Assembly: GCA_964393205.1 (NCBI GenBank)
Contig: CAYMSV010000002.1
Location: 226,767 to 290,766, forward strand
DNA length: 64,000 bases
Direction of reading: 5' to 3'
Source: an uncultured Pseudomonadales bacterium
GTDB taxonomy: Bacteria > Patescibacteriota > Microgenomatia > UBA1400 > PJMF01
Shown here one piece after another: positions 28,269 to 40,100 of this stretch (its first letter is position 1; the number at the start of each line of letters is the position of its first letter). The position numbers and the translations under genes were made by a program. The notes under the pieces were generated by a model. That model saw only the letters and a program-made list of their open reading frames with translations, was not told the origin of the DNA and did not search any database.

Positions 28269-30926
28269 ATGGTAAAAATTGAATACAATCATCAGGAAGT
28301 GGAGCGACGCTGCTTAGAACGCTGGAGTAAACTAGCTCTTTTTCAAGACACTCAATTAGACTTAAATCCAGAAGAAATTGATAAAAAGAGTTATTTGCTT
28401 TTTGCTTTTGCTTATCCCAGTGGATCTGGTTTACATGTTGGTCATGTAGAATCAAAAACTGCTCTTGATATTTTGGCTCGTTACCAGAGGATGAACGGCC
28501 AAGCGGTCTATTTTCCGGTTGGTTGGGACGCCTTTGGTTTACCTGCTGAAAACTATGCTATTAGTACCGGCATCCATCCTCGCGAAACAACTAAGTCGGC
28601 CATTGATACATTTAGGGAGCAAATTAAACGTTTAGCAATTTCTTACGATTTCACTAATGAATTAGCCACTAATCATCCAGAATATTATCGCTGGACACAG
28701 TGGCTGTTTTTACAACTATATAAAGAAGGCTTAGCTTATCAAGAACAAGGCAAGGTTAATTGGTGTACTAGCTGTCAGACAGTATTGGCTAATGAACAAG
28801 TGGTTGAGGGTTTATGTGAACGCTGTGAGAGTGAGGTAATACAGAAAGATTTAAAACAGTGGTTTTTTAAAATTAAAAAATATCAAGACGAGTTAATCAG
28901 TGGCTTAGAGGGTCTTGATTGGCCTCAGGCTACTAAGCAACAACAGTTAAATTGGATTGGTCGACATGAAGGGGTTAATATTTCTTATCCAGTTTTTGCT
29001 TTTGGAGAGAAAAATGAGAACGATGCAGTCGAGAGTGAAGCTGTTGCCGAAATAACTTGTTTCACTAGTCGGCCAGATACTAATTTTGGAGCAACTTTTG
29101 TGGTGCTGGCGCCCGAGCATGAATTTGCCAAACAAGTGGCTGCTGAGAAACCAGAGGTAGCTGAGTATTTAGCAAAAGCGGAGAAAAAAACAGAGCTTGA
29201 GCGCCAACAGGAAGGTAAACAAAAAAGTGGAGCTTTTACTGGTTACTATGCCTTTAATCGACTAACTGGTCGCCAGATGCCAATCTGGGTGGCCGATTTT
29301 GTTTTGGCTAATTATGGGACAGGAGCGGTAGTGGGAGTTCCCGGTCACGATAAGCGTGATTTTGAATTTGTGGAATTTGTTAATCGTCAGCATCCAGATC
29401 AGAAATTGGAAGTGATACGGGTGGTAGCTGGGCCTGATGGTAATCAAGAAAAGATTGATCAATTAGACCAGGTTTATGATGGAGAAGGAGAAATTATTAA
29501 TTCCGATTTTCTTAATGCTTTATCCGTTGCAGAAGCTATTGAGAAAATTGCAGATTATTTAGAGGAAAAGGGCTATGGTCAACGAGTAGTAAATTATAAG
29601 TTGCGTGATTGGTTAATTTCTCGACAACGTTATTGGGGAACACCGATTCCCATTGTTTATGATCCAGAGGGGAAAGCTCATCCGGTCAGAGAAGAACATT
29701 TGCCATGGACTTTGCCAGACGATGTAGATTTTAAACCAACTGGTGAATCACCCCTCAAATCTTCAAAAGAATTCAAAGAGCGAGTAAAACGTTTGTATGG
29801 TCAGGGATGGACTCCCGAGTATGACACCATGGATACTTTTGTTGACTCGAGTTGGTATTTTTTGCGCTATTGCGACAGTCGCAATCAAGAAGTTTTTGCT
29901 CGACCAGAACGCCTCAAGAAGTGGTTGCCAGTCGATCTTTATTTAATTGGCCCAGAACACATAGTTTTACATCTCTTATATTCTCGCTTTTTCACTAAGT
30001 TTCTAAGAGACCAGGGTTATTTGGATGTTGATGAACCCTTTGCCAAAATGCGTCATCAGGGGATGATTTTGGGTCCAGATGGCAAAAAAATGAGCAAGAG
30101 CAAAGGTAATGTTATTAATCCAGATGAAATAATTGAGAAACATGGAGCTGACACCCTACGTGTTTATGAAATGTTTATGGGGCCACTAGAGGCTGATAAG
30201 CCTTGGGATGATCGAGCGGTGGCCGGAGTAGCACGCTTTTTGCGTAAATTTTATCGACTTAGTGTGGAGGAAATTGAGGCGATAGCTCAACTCAGGAGTG
30301 AGAGCTCTTTAGACGAGAGATCGGCCTTGTTGCAAAAATTACACCAGACTATTAAAAAGCTGAATGATGATTTACCCAAGCTTAAATTTAACACGGCTAT
30401 TGCTATGTTAATGGAATTGACCAACCTATGGGAAAAAGCTAGTTTAGCTAGGAAAAAATTGGCAATTGAAGAACAAGGTTTGTTGTTTACTGCTCAGGAA
30501 CTATTGAAGTTATTGGCTGTTTTGGCCCCTCTAGCACCTTTTTTAACCGAGGAATTATATAGTCAGACTAAATATGCTTGGCAGAATATTGCTGATCAGA
30601 CCCTTGGTGAAGTAAAATGCGAGACAAATGAGGCGCGAGCGCGTCGTCAAACATTAGAAAGCCTGGAGTTTGCCGAGTCGGTTCATTTAACTAAATGGCC
30701 GAGTTTTGATCCGGCGCTCGCGCAAAGTCAACAGATAACTATAGCAGTTCAAGTTAATGGCAAAGTTCGAGCTGAGTTAACTCTGGATCATGATTTAATT
30801 AATGATCAAGCTGAAGTTTTATCCAGAGCTAAGGCTTTGCCGGCTTTAAATAAATGGTTGGCTGATCAAGAGATTATCAAGGAAATTTATATCCCCGGCA
30901 AAATTATTAGTTTTGTTATTTCTTAG
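28269..30926 (+). CDS. leuS: Leucyl-tRNA synthetase
   Basis: Class I HIGH region (YPSGSGLHVGHVESKTALD). CP1 editing domain. KMSKSKGN. C-terminal anticodon-binding region. 885 aa. Confidence 0.95.
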   Translation: MVKIEYNHQEVERRCLERWSKLALFQDTQLDLNPEEIDKKSYLLFAFAYPSGSGLHVGHVESKTALDILARYQRMNGQAVYFPVGWDAFGLPAENYAISTGIHPRETTKSAIDTFREQIKRLAISYDFTNELATNHPEYYRWTQWLFLQLYKEGLAYQEQGKVNWCTSCQTVLANEQVVEGLCERCESEVIQKDLKQWFFKIKKYQDELISGLEGLDWPQATKQQQLNWIGRHEGVNISYPVFAFGEKNENDAVESEAVAEITCFTSRPDTNFGATFVVLAPEHEFAKQVAAEKPEVAEYLAKAEKKTELERQQEGKQKSGAFTGYYAFNRLTGRQMPIWVADFVLANYGTGAVVGVPGHDKRDFEFVEFVNRQHPDQKLEVIRVVAGPDGNQEKIDQLDQVYDGEGEIINSDFLNALSVAEAIEKIADYLEEKGYGQRVVNYKLRDWLISRQRYWGTPIPIVYDPEGKAHPVREEHLPWTLPDDVDFKPTGESPLKSSKEFKERVKRLYGQGWTPEYDTMDTFVDSSWYFLRYCDSRNQEVFARPERLKKWLPVDLYLIGPEHIVLHLLYSRFFTKFLRDQGYLDVDEPFAKMRHQGMILGPDGKKMSKSKGNVINPDEIIEKHGADTLRVYEMFMGPLEADKPWDDRAVAGVARFLRKFYRLSVEEIEAIAQLRSESSLDERSALLQKLHQTIKKLNDDLPKLKFNTAIAMLMELTNLWEKASLARKKLAIEEQGLLFTAQELLKLLAVLAPLAPFLTEELYSQTKYAWQNIADQTLGEVKCETNEARARRQTLESLEFAESVHLTKWPSFDPALAQSQQITIAVQVNGKVRAELTLDHDLINDQAEVLSRAKALPALNKWLADQEIIKEIYIPGKIISFVIS

Positions 30927-30976
30927 AACATTTTGTAATTGTCAGTTGTTTGTCAACTTAGCGTTTAATAATTTGT

Positions 30977-31648
30977 TTGATGACAATTAAACATTTATCT
31001 AGGCGTCTTTTTCTACTCATTTTCCGTTTTTTACCATTTTGTTTGATAATTATAGCTCTCAGTCTGGCTTGGCCGGCTCTCGAATCCTTGCGAGCTTCAG
31101 CGGAGAGTTTAGAGTGTTATTGTCCTAGCTGCCCTGAAAACTTGCTACCAGAGTCAGGTTTGCAAAAACTAGGTCGAATCAAGGTTGAAATCGCTGGGGC
31201 AGTAAACAAGCCAGGAATTTATGAACTTGATTTAGGGCAAAGAAGAGCCGATTTATTAAAGTTAGCTGATGGTATAAATGCCGAGGCATCTCTAGTGTTT
31301 ATGGCCAAAACCTTCAATCTCAGCAGCATCTTAAATGATGGGGAAAAAATATACATTCCTTATGCTTGGGAGGAAGAATGGCAATTAGCGTCTCTAACAA
31401 ATCAGGGGGTCTCATTAGAAAAAACTGAAGCGCTAATCGGTCATAGCTCCTCTGAAAGTGCTAATTCTCAATTAATTTCAATTAATACGGCTAGTGCCAA
31501 AGAATTAGAAAATCTACCAGGAATTGGTGAAAAACGAGCCAGTGATATTGTTTCTAACCGCCCCTTTTCCAGTCTAAATGAACTAGTGAGCAAGGGTGCG
31601 GTTACTCAAACCATTTTTGATTCAATTAAAGAATTAATTACTTTGTGA
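30977..31648 (+). CDS. comEA: ComEA-family DNA-binding competence protein (TM anchor, SLBB-like domain, C-terminal tandem HhH)
   Basis: N-terminal TM. Its C-terminus INTASAKELENLPGIGEKRASDIVSNRPFSSLNELVSKGAVTQTIFDSIK is the canonical ComEA helix-hairpin-helix pair. Confidence 0.8.
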   Translation: MMTIKHLSRRLFLLIFRFLPFCLIIIALSLAWPALESLRASAESLECYCPSCPENLLPESGLQKLGRIKVEIAGAVNKPGIYELDLGQRRADLLKLADGINAEASLVFMAKTFNLSSILNDGEKIYIPYAWEEEWQLASLTNQGVSLEKTEALIGHSSSESANSQLISINTASAKELENLPGIGEKRASDIVSNRPFSSLNELVSKGAVTQTIFDSIKELITL

Positions 31649-31822
31649 GGAAAAGTAAGGAGGAAATAATTTAAAAGAATTTTGTGAAAGATTTAGCATA
31701 TTATTATAGGATTTTAGAGCTTTCAATAAAGTGCAAACTGCTTTAGCAAAGATTCTAATTGATTGCTAAAAAGTGACTACTTTTTTAGTTAATAGAGAGT
31801 AAACAAGGGAATAAAGCAACTT

Positions 31823-33229
31823 TTGACTTTAATATTACTTTTTAGATCAGTTGTTTGTATGACTTATAAGAGAATTAATAAAATAAAAAGAACGTTTTTG
31901 ATATTATTTACAATATTTATATTATTGCATAATTTTAAATTTATATTTTATACCCGAAACTGGCCATTTTTCTCGATTAGTACACACAAACAGGCTAATT
32001 TTTTCTTAAATAACTATAAAACCAAAAGAATAGCGAAAATAGCTATTTTAAATATCAAGAATTACTATAAAACCACTTATTTTTCTTGTCTTTTATCTCA
32101 AGTTGGGGACTATTACAAAAATATACAGACTAGATCATTTAGCAAGTCCAACGCTTACTTGTTAAAGATATTGAATAGCTTAAAAAGATTGTTAAAAGCG
32201 ACTAAAGGACTATTTGATTTAACATATATTTCGTTAAAGTATCGGTTTTTTAGGGTTAAAAATCAACTTTTAATTATGCGGGAAAAACTTGTCTGGTTAC
32301 TTGAGGGAAGTTTTTCCACTCGAGAAGCTACTCTGGGTAAAGCTTTTGTCTTTGCAGAGCTGTCTGGAGCCCCCGAGACTCTCTATCACTCTTTTAAAGT
32401 TATAGGGATATTGCATTTGATTGCTGCTTCTAGTGCCAATATACATTTAATTCTCTTCTTTTTAAAGCCCTTATTAGCTCTTCTTGAGGTTTGGAAAGGT
32501 CAAAAATTATTGTCTTTAGCAAGTTCGATAATTATTGCTATTTATTTTTGCTTGATAAATGGGCATTTTAATCTAGTTGATTCTAGTCCTTCAATTCTAC
32601 GCGCCTCATTATCATGTGTTCTAGCTGTTTTAGCTAATAGCTATTTCAATTTGTCAGTAAAGCGCCTTAATTTACTTATCTTAGTAGGAATATTATGCCT
32701 TTTTATCAATCCTTTTTATCTCCAAGCCTTGGGGTTTCAATTGAGTTTTTTGGCTACTTTCATTATTCTTTTTTATTGGCCATATATCAGAAAAAAGATT
32801 GCTAAATCAAACTTAATGCTTAGTATGACGGTACAATTTTTTCTATGGCCCTTGCTCATTTTCTATTTTTCTAATGTTAATTTGATTGCTATACCAGCCA
32901 ATGTTTTATTATCACCTCTGGTAGAATCATTAACTTTTGTTTATTTTATATTTATTAGTAGCAAAATCCTTGATTTTCACTTTTTAGCTGATTTTTGTAG
33001 TAATTTGATATATTTTGTTTGTAATATATTTTTTAAATTTTTAGATTTTTTAGAAAAAATGCCTGCTAAATCTATTGATATACATCAAAATAAAAGTCTG
33101 GTGATTGCTGTCTTAATTCTTATTCAAGTTTGTATTACTTATTTAATTTTGCGAGAAAAAAAACTATATTTTAAAAAAAATAAATATAGGATATTAACTA
33201 AGTGGGCTAATTACTTAGCAAAACAATGA
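31823..33229 (+). CDS. comEC: ComEC/Rec2 competence channel, membrane (competence) domain ORF
   Basis: Polytopic membrane protein with HLIAASSANIHLILFFL, similar to the ComEC HLLAISGLH motif. Ends in TGA overlapping the next ATG (caATGAaa). Confidence 0.7.
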   Translation: MTLILLFRSVVCMTYKRINKIKRTFLILFTIFILLHNFKFIFYTRNWPFFSISTHKQANFFLNNYKTKRIAKIAILNIKNYYKTTYFSCLLSQVGDYYKNIQTRSFSKSNAYLLKILNSLKRLLKATKGLFDLTYISLKYRFFRVKNQLLIMREKLVWLLEGSFSTREATLGKAFVFAELSGAPETLYHSFKVIGILHLIAASSANIHLILFFLKPLLALLEVWKGQKLLSLASSIIIAIYFCLINGHFNLVDSSPSILRASLSCVLAVLANSYFNLSVKRLNLLILVGILCLFINPFYLQALGFQLSFLATFIILFYWPYIRKKIAKSNLMLSMTVQFFLWPLLIFYFSNVNLIAIPANVLLSPLVESLTFVYFIFISSKILDFHFLADFCSNLIYFVCNIFFKFLDFLEKMPAKSIDIHQNKSLVIAVLILIQVCITYLILREKKLYFKKNKYRILTKWANYLAKQ

Positions 33230-34191
33230 AAAGAGTAGCATCATTCTTAATTTTAGGCTTTTTTATTTGGCAATTTATGACAAAATTCCCTGATAAATCA
33301 GTCAATTTAATAATGTGTGATGTTGGTCAAGGAGATGCTATTTTAATTCAGCAAGGCTTTTTTCAAGTTTTAATTGACACTGGTCCCGATGAAGCAGTTT
33401 TGACTTGTCTTAATCGTTATTTGCCATTTATAGATAAAAAGATTGATGTATTAGTCTTAACTCATTATGACAGCGATCATATCGGTGGTTTTACTAGTTT
33501 GTCGACAAATTACCAATTTGGCACAATTTTTGCTCCCCTAAGCGAAAATAAAGATAGTGAGCTTTTTCTCGAGTTAAATCGGGTTTTTTTTGACTTAATT
33601 GAGCAAGGAACGAGAGTTAAACAGCCGATTTTGGGCCAGCAAATGGCTTATCAGGATTTTAGCCTGGATAATCAGGCCAATCAATTATTGTTTACCTTCT
33701 TAACTCCAGCTGACCTCGAGTTAGAGTTTTTGCAAAGTCTTAATTTTTTCCAGGGGGAGTCCAGGCTACCCGAAACTATATTATCGGCTCTTAATCAAGA
33801 AAATTTTAGAAATTTTAAGCCTCTAGAAAGCACAAATAACCGATCTATCGCTCTTTTATTTGAATATGGCCAGTTGGATATCTTCCTATCTGGTGACCTT
33901 GAGGAAGAAGGGGAGCTTAGCATTATTAGCTCGGCTTTGATAGATCAAGTAGACATCTTAAAAGTAGCGCATCATGGGTCAAAAACCTCAAGTGCACCGG
34001 CTTTTTTGTCTCAAGTGTTACCCGAATTGTCTCTAATTTCTGTAGGTAAAAACAACAAGTTTGAACACCCTTCACCAGAGGTTTTAGACAATTTAGAAGC
34101 TTTTTCTTCTCAAATTGTCCGAACCGATCAAAATGGGGACATCAAAATTGTATTGTTAACAGATGTTTACTATTTTTTAACAACAAAATAA
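33226..34191 (+). CDS. comEC: ComEC C-terminal metallo-beta-lactamase-fold domain encoded as separate ORF
   Basis: MCDVGQGDAILIQ...VLVLTHYDSDHIGG...KVAHHGSKTS, the MBL-fold motifs of the ComEC C-terminal domain. 4-bp overlap with the upstream ORF. Confidence 0.75.
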   Translation: MKRVASFLILGFFIWQFMTKFPDKSVNLIMCDVGQGDAILIQQGFFQVLIDTGPDEAVLTCLNRYLPFIDKKIDVLVLTHYDSDHIGGFTSLSTNYQFGTIFAPLSENKDSELFLELNRVFFDLIEQGTRVKQPILGQQMAYQDFSLDNQANQLLFTFLTPADLELEFLQSLNFFQGESRLPETILSALNQENFRNFKPLESTNNRSIALLFEYGQLDIFLSGDLEEEGELSIISSALIDQVDILKVAHHGSKTSSAPAFLSQVLPELSLISVGKNNKFEHPSPEVLDNLEAFSSQIVRTDQNGDIKIVLLTDVYYFLTTK

Positions 34192-34679
34192 TTTTCTTGT
34201 AATGCTCAATTTTTTTAATTGTCGCTTTTTACAAAAAATAACTGTTGCGAGCAACTTAGCAATGTGGGCAGAATTGCCAAATTGTCACTGTTAAATACTA
34301 TGCAATAAGTTACAAAAAAATGCAAGTTTTTATGTTCAATTATTGATTTTACTAAAATAAAGCCAAGTAAAATTGTGCTCAATTCTTACAGTTTTTTGTT
34401 CATTTTTGCAAAATTTTTTACTAGTTTTTGTTAAGAAAAAATAAATTAAACTCTTTTTTTTCTTATACTTTTTACTCAATTTTTTGATTAAGATCATTTT
34501 TTAGATCACTTCTTGGCTAATTGCCTGGTTTTCTAGGGGAAAGGGCAGGCTTTTGACTTAGTTTTTATTCTGACCGAAGTCAGTCCGAAATAAATTTATA
34601 GATAAATTTACTAAAAGTTAAAAATTGAGTACAAAATTTTTCTCATAAAACACTATAATTAATTTTCAATATTAAAAAT

Positions 34680-36143
34680 ATGAAGAGTAATAAATATACT
34701 CAAAACTGTTCGTCTTTTATTTGTAATTTGTGTCGCTTATCAAATTTTAATTGGTGTTACAATAACCCTATGTTTAACCATCGGCTCCACCAAATTCATC
34801 TAACTAAATTTAAACAAAATTTGCCGCTTTTGACGATTGATCTGCCCACTACTAAATCGATCACGATAATGTTTTTGGCTAATACAGGTTCTCGCTTTGA
34901 ACCGGTAGGAAAAGAGGGTATTGCTCACTTTTTTGAACACATGGTTTTCAAAGGGACGACAAACTATCCAAACGCTAAAAGTTTGGCAAGAACCCTAGAC
35001 AGTGTTGGAGCAGATTTTAATGCTTTCACTAGCAAAGAGTACACTGGCTATTATGTTAAATCGGCAGCCACTAATTTTGATTTATCCCTAGATGTTTTGT
35101 CAGATATGCTTTTTGCACCCTTATTGAGACAAGAAGATATCGATCGAGAAAAAGGAGTGATTATCGAAGAATTGAATATGTATGTGGATATGCCACAGCA
35201 TCATATTAGCAATGTTTTTGAACAATTAATTTTTGCTGATTCAACGCTAGCTCACGATATCATTGGCTACAAAAATAGCATTCGTTCTCTAACTACTGCT
35301 GACTTTCAAAATTTTCTTAATCAATATTATGGACCAGAAAACTTATTGTTGGTGATTGCTGGTGGTTTGGATAAAATTAGTCGGGATCGGGAAGTTTTAG
35401 CAGACAAAGTAGCTTTGGCTTTTAACAAGTTAGAAAATAAACGTGGTCAAAATACTAAGTTGCCCGCACCCAAAGCAAAGCAAAGTGTTGCTGGTCGGCC
35501 CGTAGAAATCAACAAAAACGCCTTTTCTAGGCGTCGCTTTAAACTGATTAAACGAGCTAGTGAACAAGCCCATTTTGTGATGGCATGGCCCTCGCTTGAT
35601 CGTCATCATCCCGATCGCTTTGCCTTATCAGTATTGTCTACAATTTTGGGGGGCAATATGAGTTCGCGTTTATTTACCGAAGTGCGCGAAAAACGAGGTC
35701 TTTGTTATTATGTGCGCAGTAATTCGGAATACTATCACGATAGTGGTTATTTGGGTGCTAGTGCAGGGGTTGATCCAAGCCGCCTAAAGGAGGCTATTCA
35801 AGCCACTAAAGATGTTTTTTATAATCTAGCAAATGCTAGTGGTAAAAAGGGAGAGAGTGGAGAAATTAGTGCTGTTGAGTTGCTACGTGCCCAAAATTAC
35901 CTTAAGGGTACAGCCATACTCAATTTAGAAGAGAGCAATAATGTTGCCCAATTTTATGGGTTTAAAGAGCTTTTAAATAACAAGATTTTAACTCCCGATG
36001 AAGCTTTAGCTAAAATTGATGAAGTTAAAATCGAAGATGTGCAGCGTTTAGCTAAACTTATTTTTCAAAAAGAGCAGTTGCGCTTTGCAATAATTGGCGA
36101 TTTTAGCGATTCTAAGCAAATTCGACAGTGGGCTTTGAGTTAA
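34680..36143 (+). CDS. Peptidase M16 (insulinase/pitrilysin family) zinc protease
   Basis: Inverted zinc motif HFFEHMVFKGT (HxxEH) and EELNMY downstream. The real start may be the in-frame ATG at 34770 (MFNHRLHQIHL...), because the first 30 codons look non-coding and Cys-rich. Confidence 0.75.
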   Translation: MKSNKYTQNCSSFICNLCRLSNFNWCYNNPMFNHRLHQIHLTKFKQNLPLLTIDLPTTKSITIMFLANTGSRFEPVGKEGIAHFFEHMVFKGTTNYPNAKSLARTLDSVGADFNAFTSKEYTGYYVKSAATNFDLSLDVLSDMLFAPLLRQEDIDREKGVIIEELNMYVDMPQHHISNVFEQLIFADSTLAHDIIGYKNSIRSLTTADFQNFLNQYYGPENLLLVIAGGLDKISRDREVLADKVALAFNKLENKRGQNTKLPAPKAKQSVAGRPVEINKNAFSRRRFKLIKRASEQAHFVMAWPSLDRHHPDRFALSVLSTILGGNMSSRLFTEVREKRGLCYYVRSNSEYYHDSGYLGASAGVDPSRLKEAIQATKDVFYNLANASGKKGESGEISAVELLRAQNYLKGTAILNLEESNNVAQFYGFKELLNNKILTPDEALAKIDEVKIEDVQRLAKLIFQKEQLRFAIIGDFSDSKQIRQWALS

Positions 36144-36409
36144 ACTATTTTGATTCTCTATTTTATATATTGATATATTAAACAATGTTTAGACTAGTTT
36201 AAGTCGGAGCTTAGATTTTTCTTCTTTTTTTCTGATCTGTTACTTAATCTTTTGATATTTTGCTTTATGTTTTGATATATCTAAATTAGACAAAAGTTAC
36301 GATCAAAATAATAAAAAACCAGGCCTTTAAAAACTCCGCTTGGCTTTTGCTTGATTTTTTAAGATAATCCCCAATAAGAGATTAATTGAAAAAAGAAAGG
36401 GAAAAGTCT

Positions 36410-36898
36410 ATGAAAGTTACTCGTACTGCCGTTTTGGTTAAGCCTGATGGCTTACAAAGAGGTTTAATTGGTGAAATTATCAGTCGTTTTGAACGTAAAG
36501 GTTTAAAGTTAGTAGGACTCAAAATGTTGAGAATGACTGACAAGCAATTGGATTCCTGGTATAGCGAACATCGTGAGAAAAGTTTTTTTAACGACCTCAA
36601 GTCTTTTATGGGCTCCATGCCTATTGTAGCCATGGTTTGGGAGGGTATAGATGCTGTACCAGTGGTAAGACTTTTAGTTGGTACCACCTTTGGGCGAGAA
36701 GCTGAAGGAGGTTCAATTCGTGGTGATTTTGGAATGAGCCAACAGATGAATTTGATTCATGCTTCTTCTAACAATGAAGACGCCGAGCGAGAAATTGCTA
36801 TTGTTTTTGGGGAAGACGAATTGTTCCATTATCATGGAGTGACCGAGGCAGTGATTTATGCTGAGGGTGAAGCTGAGTTTGACGAAAATGGGGAATAA
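36410..36898 (+). CDS. ndk: Nucleoside diphosphate kinase
   Basis: MKVTRTAVLVKPDGLQRGLIGEIISRFERKGLKLVGLKM. NDK active-site region with ...NLIHASSN... An RBS-like aaagaaagggaaaag lies upstream. The ORF is open from 36386, but the ATG at 36410 fits NDK N-termini. Confidence 0.9.
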   Translation: MKVTRTAVLVKPDGLQRGLIGEIISRFERKGLKLVGLKMLRMTDKQLDSWYSEHREKSFFNDLKSFMGSMPIVAMVWEGIDAVPVVRLLVGTTFGREAEGGSIRGDFGMSQQMNLIHASSNNEDAEREIAIVFGEDELFHYHGVTEAVIYAEGEAEFDENGE

Positions 36899-37105
36899 AT
36901 AGCAAGAAAATTGAGATTCCTTTTACTCAAGTAGTTGATTTTAGTTTTAGCATCACTATATTTTTTTATTTTGGACTAGCTGTCTTGATCAGAATGTCTT
37001 AAATTGCTCAACATTTGTCCTCAAAAATGTGTAATAATTATTTTTAATGAAAAAACCACCAGTATTTGGAGGTTTTCTTATGTTGATAATTAATTTAGTT
37101 AAAAA

Positions 37106-40100
37106 ATGAAAAAAACCAGGCTGCCCAAGGCTGTTTCGATATTAACAATTTCCACCTTGAGTCTTTTGGTCGCTATCATTTGTTTTAAACATTTTATTTC
37201 TAACTCCCAAGCGGGAAGTTTAACTATTACTCATCAGGTTGATTGGGAAGAGGGAACACTGCTCGATGTTGAAGCAGACAGTAAAGAAGGGGAAATTAAA
37301 CTATCTCCTCTCGGTACTTGGGGCGTTCAATCTCTAAAGAGCCCCAATAAACCAATTTCTGTTGGCAGTGCTTTTGGTACTGATGGTACTCATATCTACG
37401 TTGTTAGAGGCTATGGAGACATTACTTTTTGGCGTTATAATCCGGCAACAGATAGTTGGACAGATCTAGCTAATTTGCCTAGAGGTGCGTATTACGGTAT
37501 GGATTTGCAATATTTGGATGGTTATTTTTATGCTATTTTTGGCGGTTATCAACGATCTTTTGCTCGTTATTCAGTTGCTGATGATAGTTGGGAGATGTTG
37601 TCTAGTATTCCTGATTTAGTCCATCAAGGCGGATCCCTAACTAGTGATGGAACTGATATTTATGCAACCAGAGGTAATAATACTCAAGACTTTTATAAAT
37701 ATAGCGTAGATACAGATTCATGGATGCCGCTGGCAGGACCACCAGCTGCTTTGAGAAATGGAGCAGATATTACTTATATTGATGGTTATATTTACACCCC
37801 AAGGGGGAGTAATACGACCACTTTTTATCGCTATTCTGTGGCAAGCAATAGTTGGGAAAGTTTAACTAATGTTCCAGGAACTATGTATGATGATATTGAT
37901 GCTACTACCGATGGGACTTATTATTATCTACCTCGTCAATATAATTCTACAAGTTTTTATCGCTACGATCCTAGTGACAATAGTTGGACAACTTTAGCAG
38001 AAGCACCACTCACATCTCGATACGCTGGTGTCCAATATGTGGAGTCAACAGACTTAATTTATTTCTTCAGAGGTAATGGTGATTATCGTTTTTGGAAATA
38101 TGATCCTAGCACTGATGAATTTTTAGGTCCTAGTGAAGCACCGAGCACTTTAGCTACTGGTTCAGACATGGTTTATCATGATGAATATTTCTATGTGCCT
38201 AGAGGAGCTAATGGTCAAATTTTTTATCGTTTCGATCCTAGTGCTAATAACTGGACCGAATTGGAAAACGCTCCAGAGCGTTTTAATGATGATGTTAAAG
38301 GAGAAGCAGTTGGTGACTATTTATATTTTTTTAGGGGTAGTAATACGCTATCTTTTTATCGTTACCACCCAACTAGTAACACCTGGTCTACACTAGCTGA
38401 TGCCCCTGCCACTGTCAGATTTGGCGCTTCATTAGTTTATCCAGGAACTGGTGATTACCTATATGCTACTAGGGGTGCAACAACAAGCACTTTTTGGCGT
38501 TATCATATTCCCACTGACACTTGGCTGACAGACGCATCAGATATTCCAGACAATGTAAGAGCCTCTTATGGATCAAGGTTAATCTCAGATGGTACTGATA
38601 TCTTTTTTACAGCTGGTATTGGTATTAAGCGAATGTTCAAATACACTGTGGCAACAGGTCTTTGGACTGAATTAGCTGCACTGCCGTATTCTCCATATTA
38701 TGGTTCAGATATCAGTTATGCTAATGGCAAAATTTTAGCTCTAGCAGGTTACTATACTCCAGATTTATATGAATACACCATCTCAAGCAACTCTTGGAAA
38801 AAGTTGGATTCGCTAGACACTTATGGACCGAATGATGTTGGAACTTATAACGGAGCCTCGATAGCATATGACCCCGTAGGAGAAAGTTATTATGTAACTA
38901 GAGGTTATGGTCAAGCTGAGTTGCTTAATTATACGCCTGGCAGCACCACTTATCCAATAACTGGCACTTGGACTTCTCCTGCTTATGATTTGGAATATGT
39001 GGAGTCTTGGTCGGGTATCAGCATTGGTCAAGAAACTCCAGATGATACAATTTTGTTATTCCAATCTAGAACTAGTAGTGATGGTCTGAACTGGACTGAG
39101 TGGCAAGAAATTACCAATGACAACGTAGTCTCTCCAGTCAATAGATTTCTGCAATTAAAGATAACTTTTTCCAGCTCTAGCGATCATGAACTAACCCCCG
39201 TTGTCAGAGATATTAGTTTCAATTATGTCGGTGATCAATCACCGCCAGCCGCACCAGAAAATTTTCTTGGTTTTTCTCGTCAAATCAGTGGCGAATCCTT
39301 AACGAGTGAGAGTTCTTATCGATTTACCAATCCCTATTTTACTTGGGATGCTGCCTTAGATGAACAAACAGCAGTTCAAGGTTATTATGTGTATTTTGGA
39401 CAAAATGAGGACGCTAATCCAGAGGAAGATGGCTTTTTTCAATTAAATACTAATTTCCAAGTTAATCAAACTTTGGAAACTGGCACTTATTATTTGAAAG
39501 TGGCTTCGCAAGATTTAGCCGGTCATACTAGTTCGACAACAACTGGTTTTATATATGATTATCGTGGTATTTCTCCAGCACTAACAAGTACTTTTAGTGA
39601 AACGGGAGATTTTTTAGGAGAAGTCGATTCGATTAATATTAACAACAACTATTTACAATTGAGTAACAACAGTGAAGGTTTTTGGTTGGAAGAGAGACTG
39701 ACTTTTCCACCGGCAAGCATTCAATATGCAGGTAAAAATGCTGCATATTTAGCAGAAGAGGGAAAATTATATGTACTACGTGGAGCAAATAATGCTACCT
39801 TTTATGAATATGATGTGAGTGCGGATACTTGGTCAACACTCGCTGATGCTCCTGGAGCGGTCAGGTTTGGAGGCGGAGTAGTAGAGGGTCCTCCGGGATA
39901 TTTATATGCAGCTCGTGGCAATAACTCTACTGATTTTTGGCGCTATGACATTGAAGCCAATACTTGGGACGCTGATATTGCTAGTGCACCTTTAACCATT
40001 AGTTATGGAGGTTCTCTGGTTTTTGATGGTGAACAATATATTTATGTATTGAGGGGTAACAATTCCAACAATTTCTGGCGCTATGATACTTTTTCAGATG

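Noticed and set aside
28189-28455. 88-aa minus-strand ORF overlapping the leuS start
   Set aside because: It overlaps the highly conserved LeuRS N-terminus. There is no supporting signal.
34565-34610. AT-rich palindromes (tttattctgacCGAAgtcagtccgaaataaa and taaatttatagataaattta) in the 488-bp gap before the M16 peptidase gene
   Set aside because: These are short, AT-rich and not followed by a U-run. They could be an operator, but such palindromes occur by chance in AT-rich intergenic DNA, so no feature was called.
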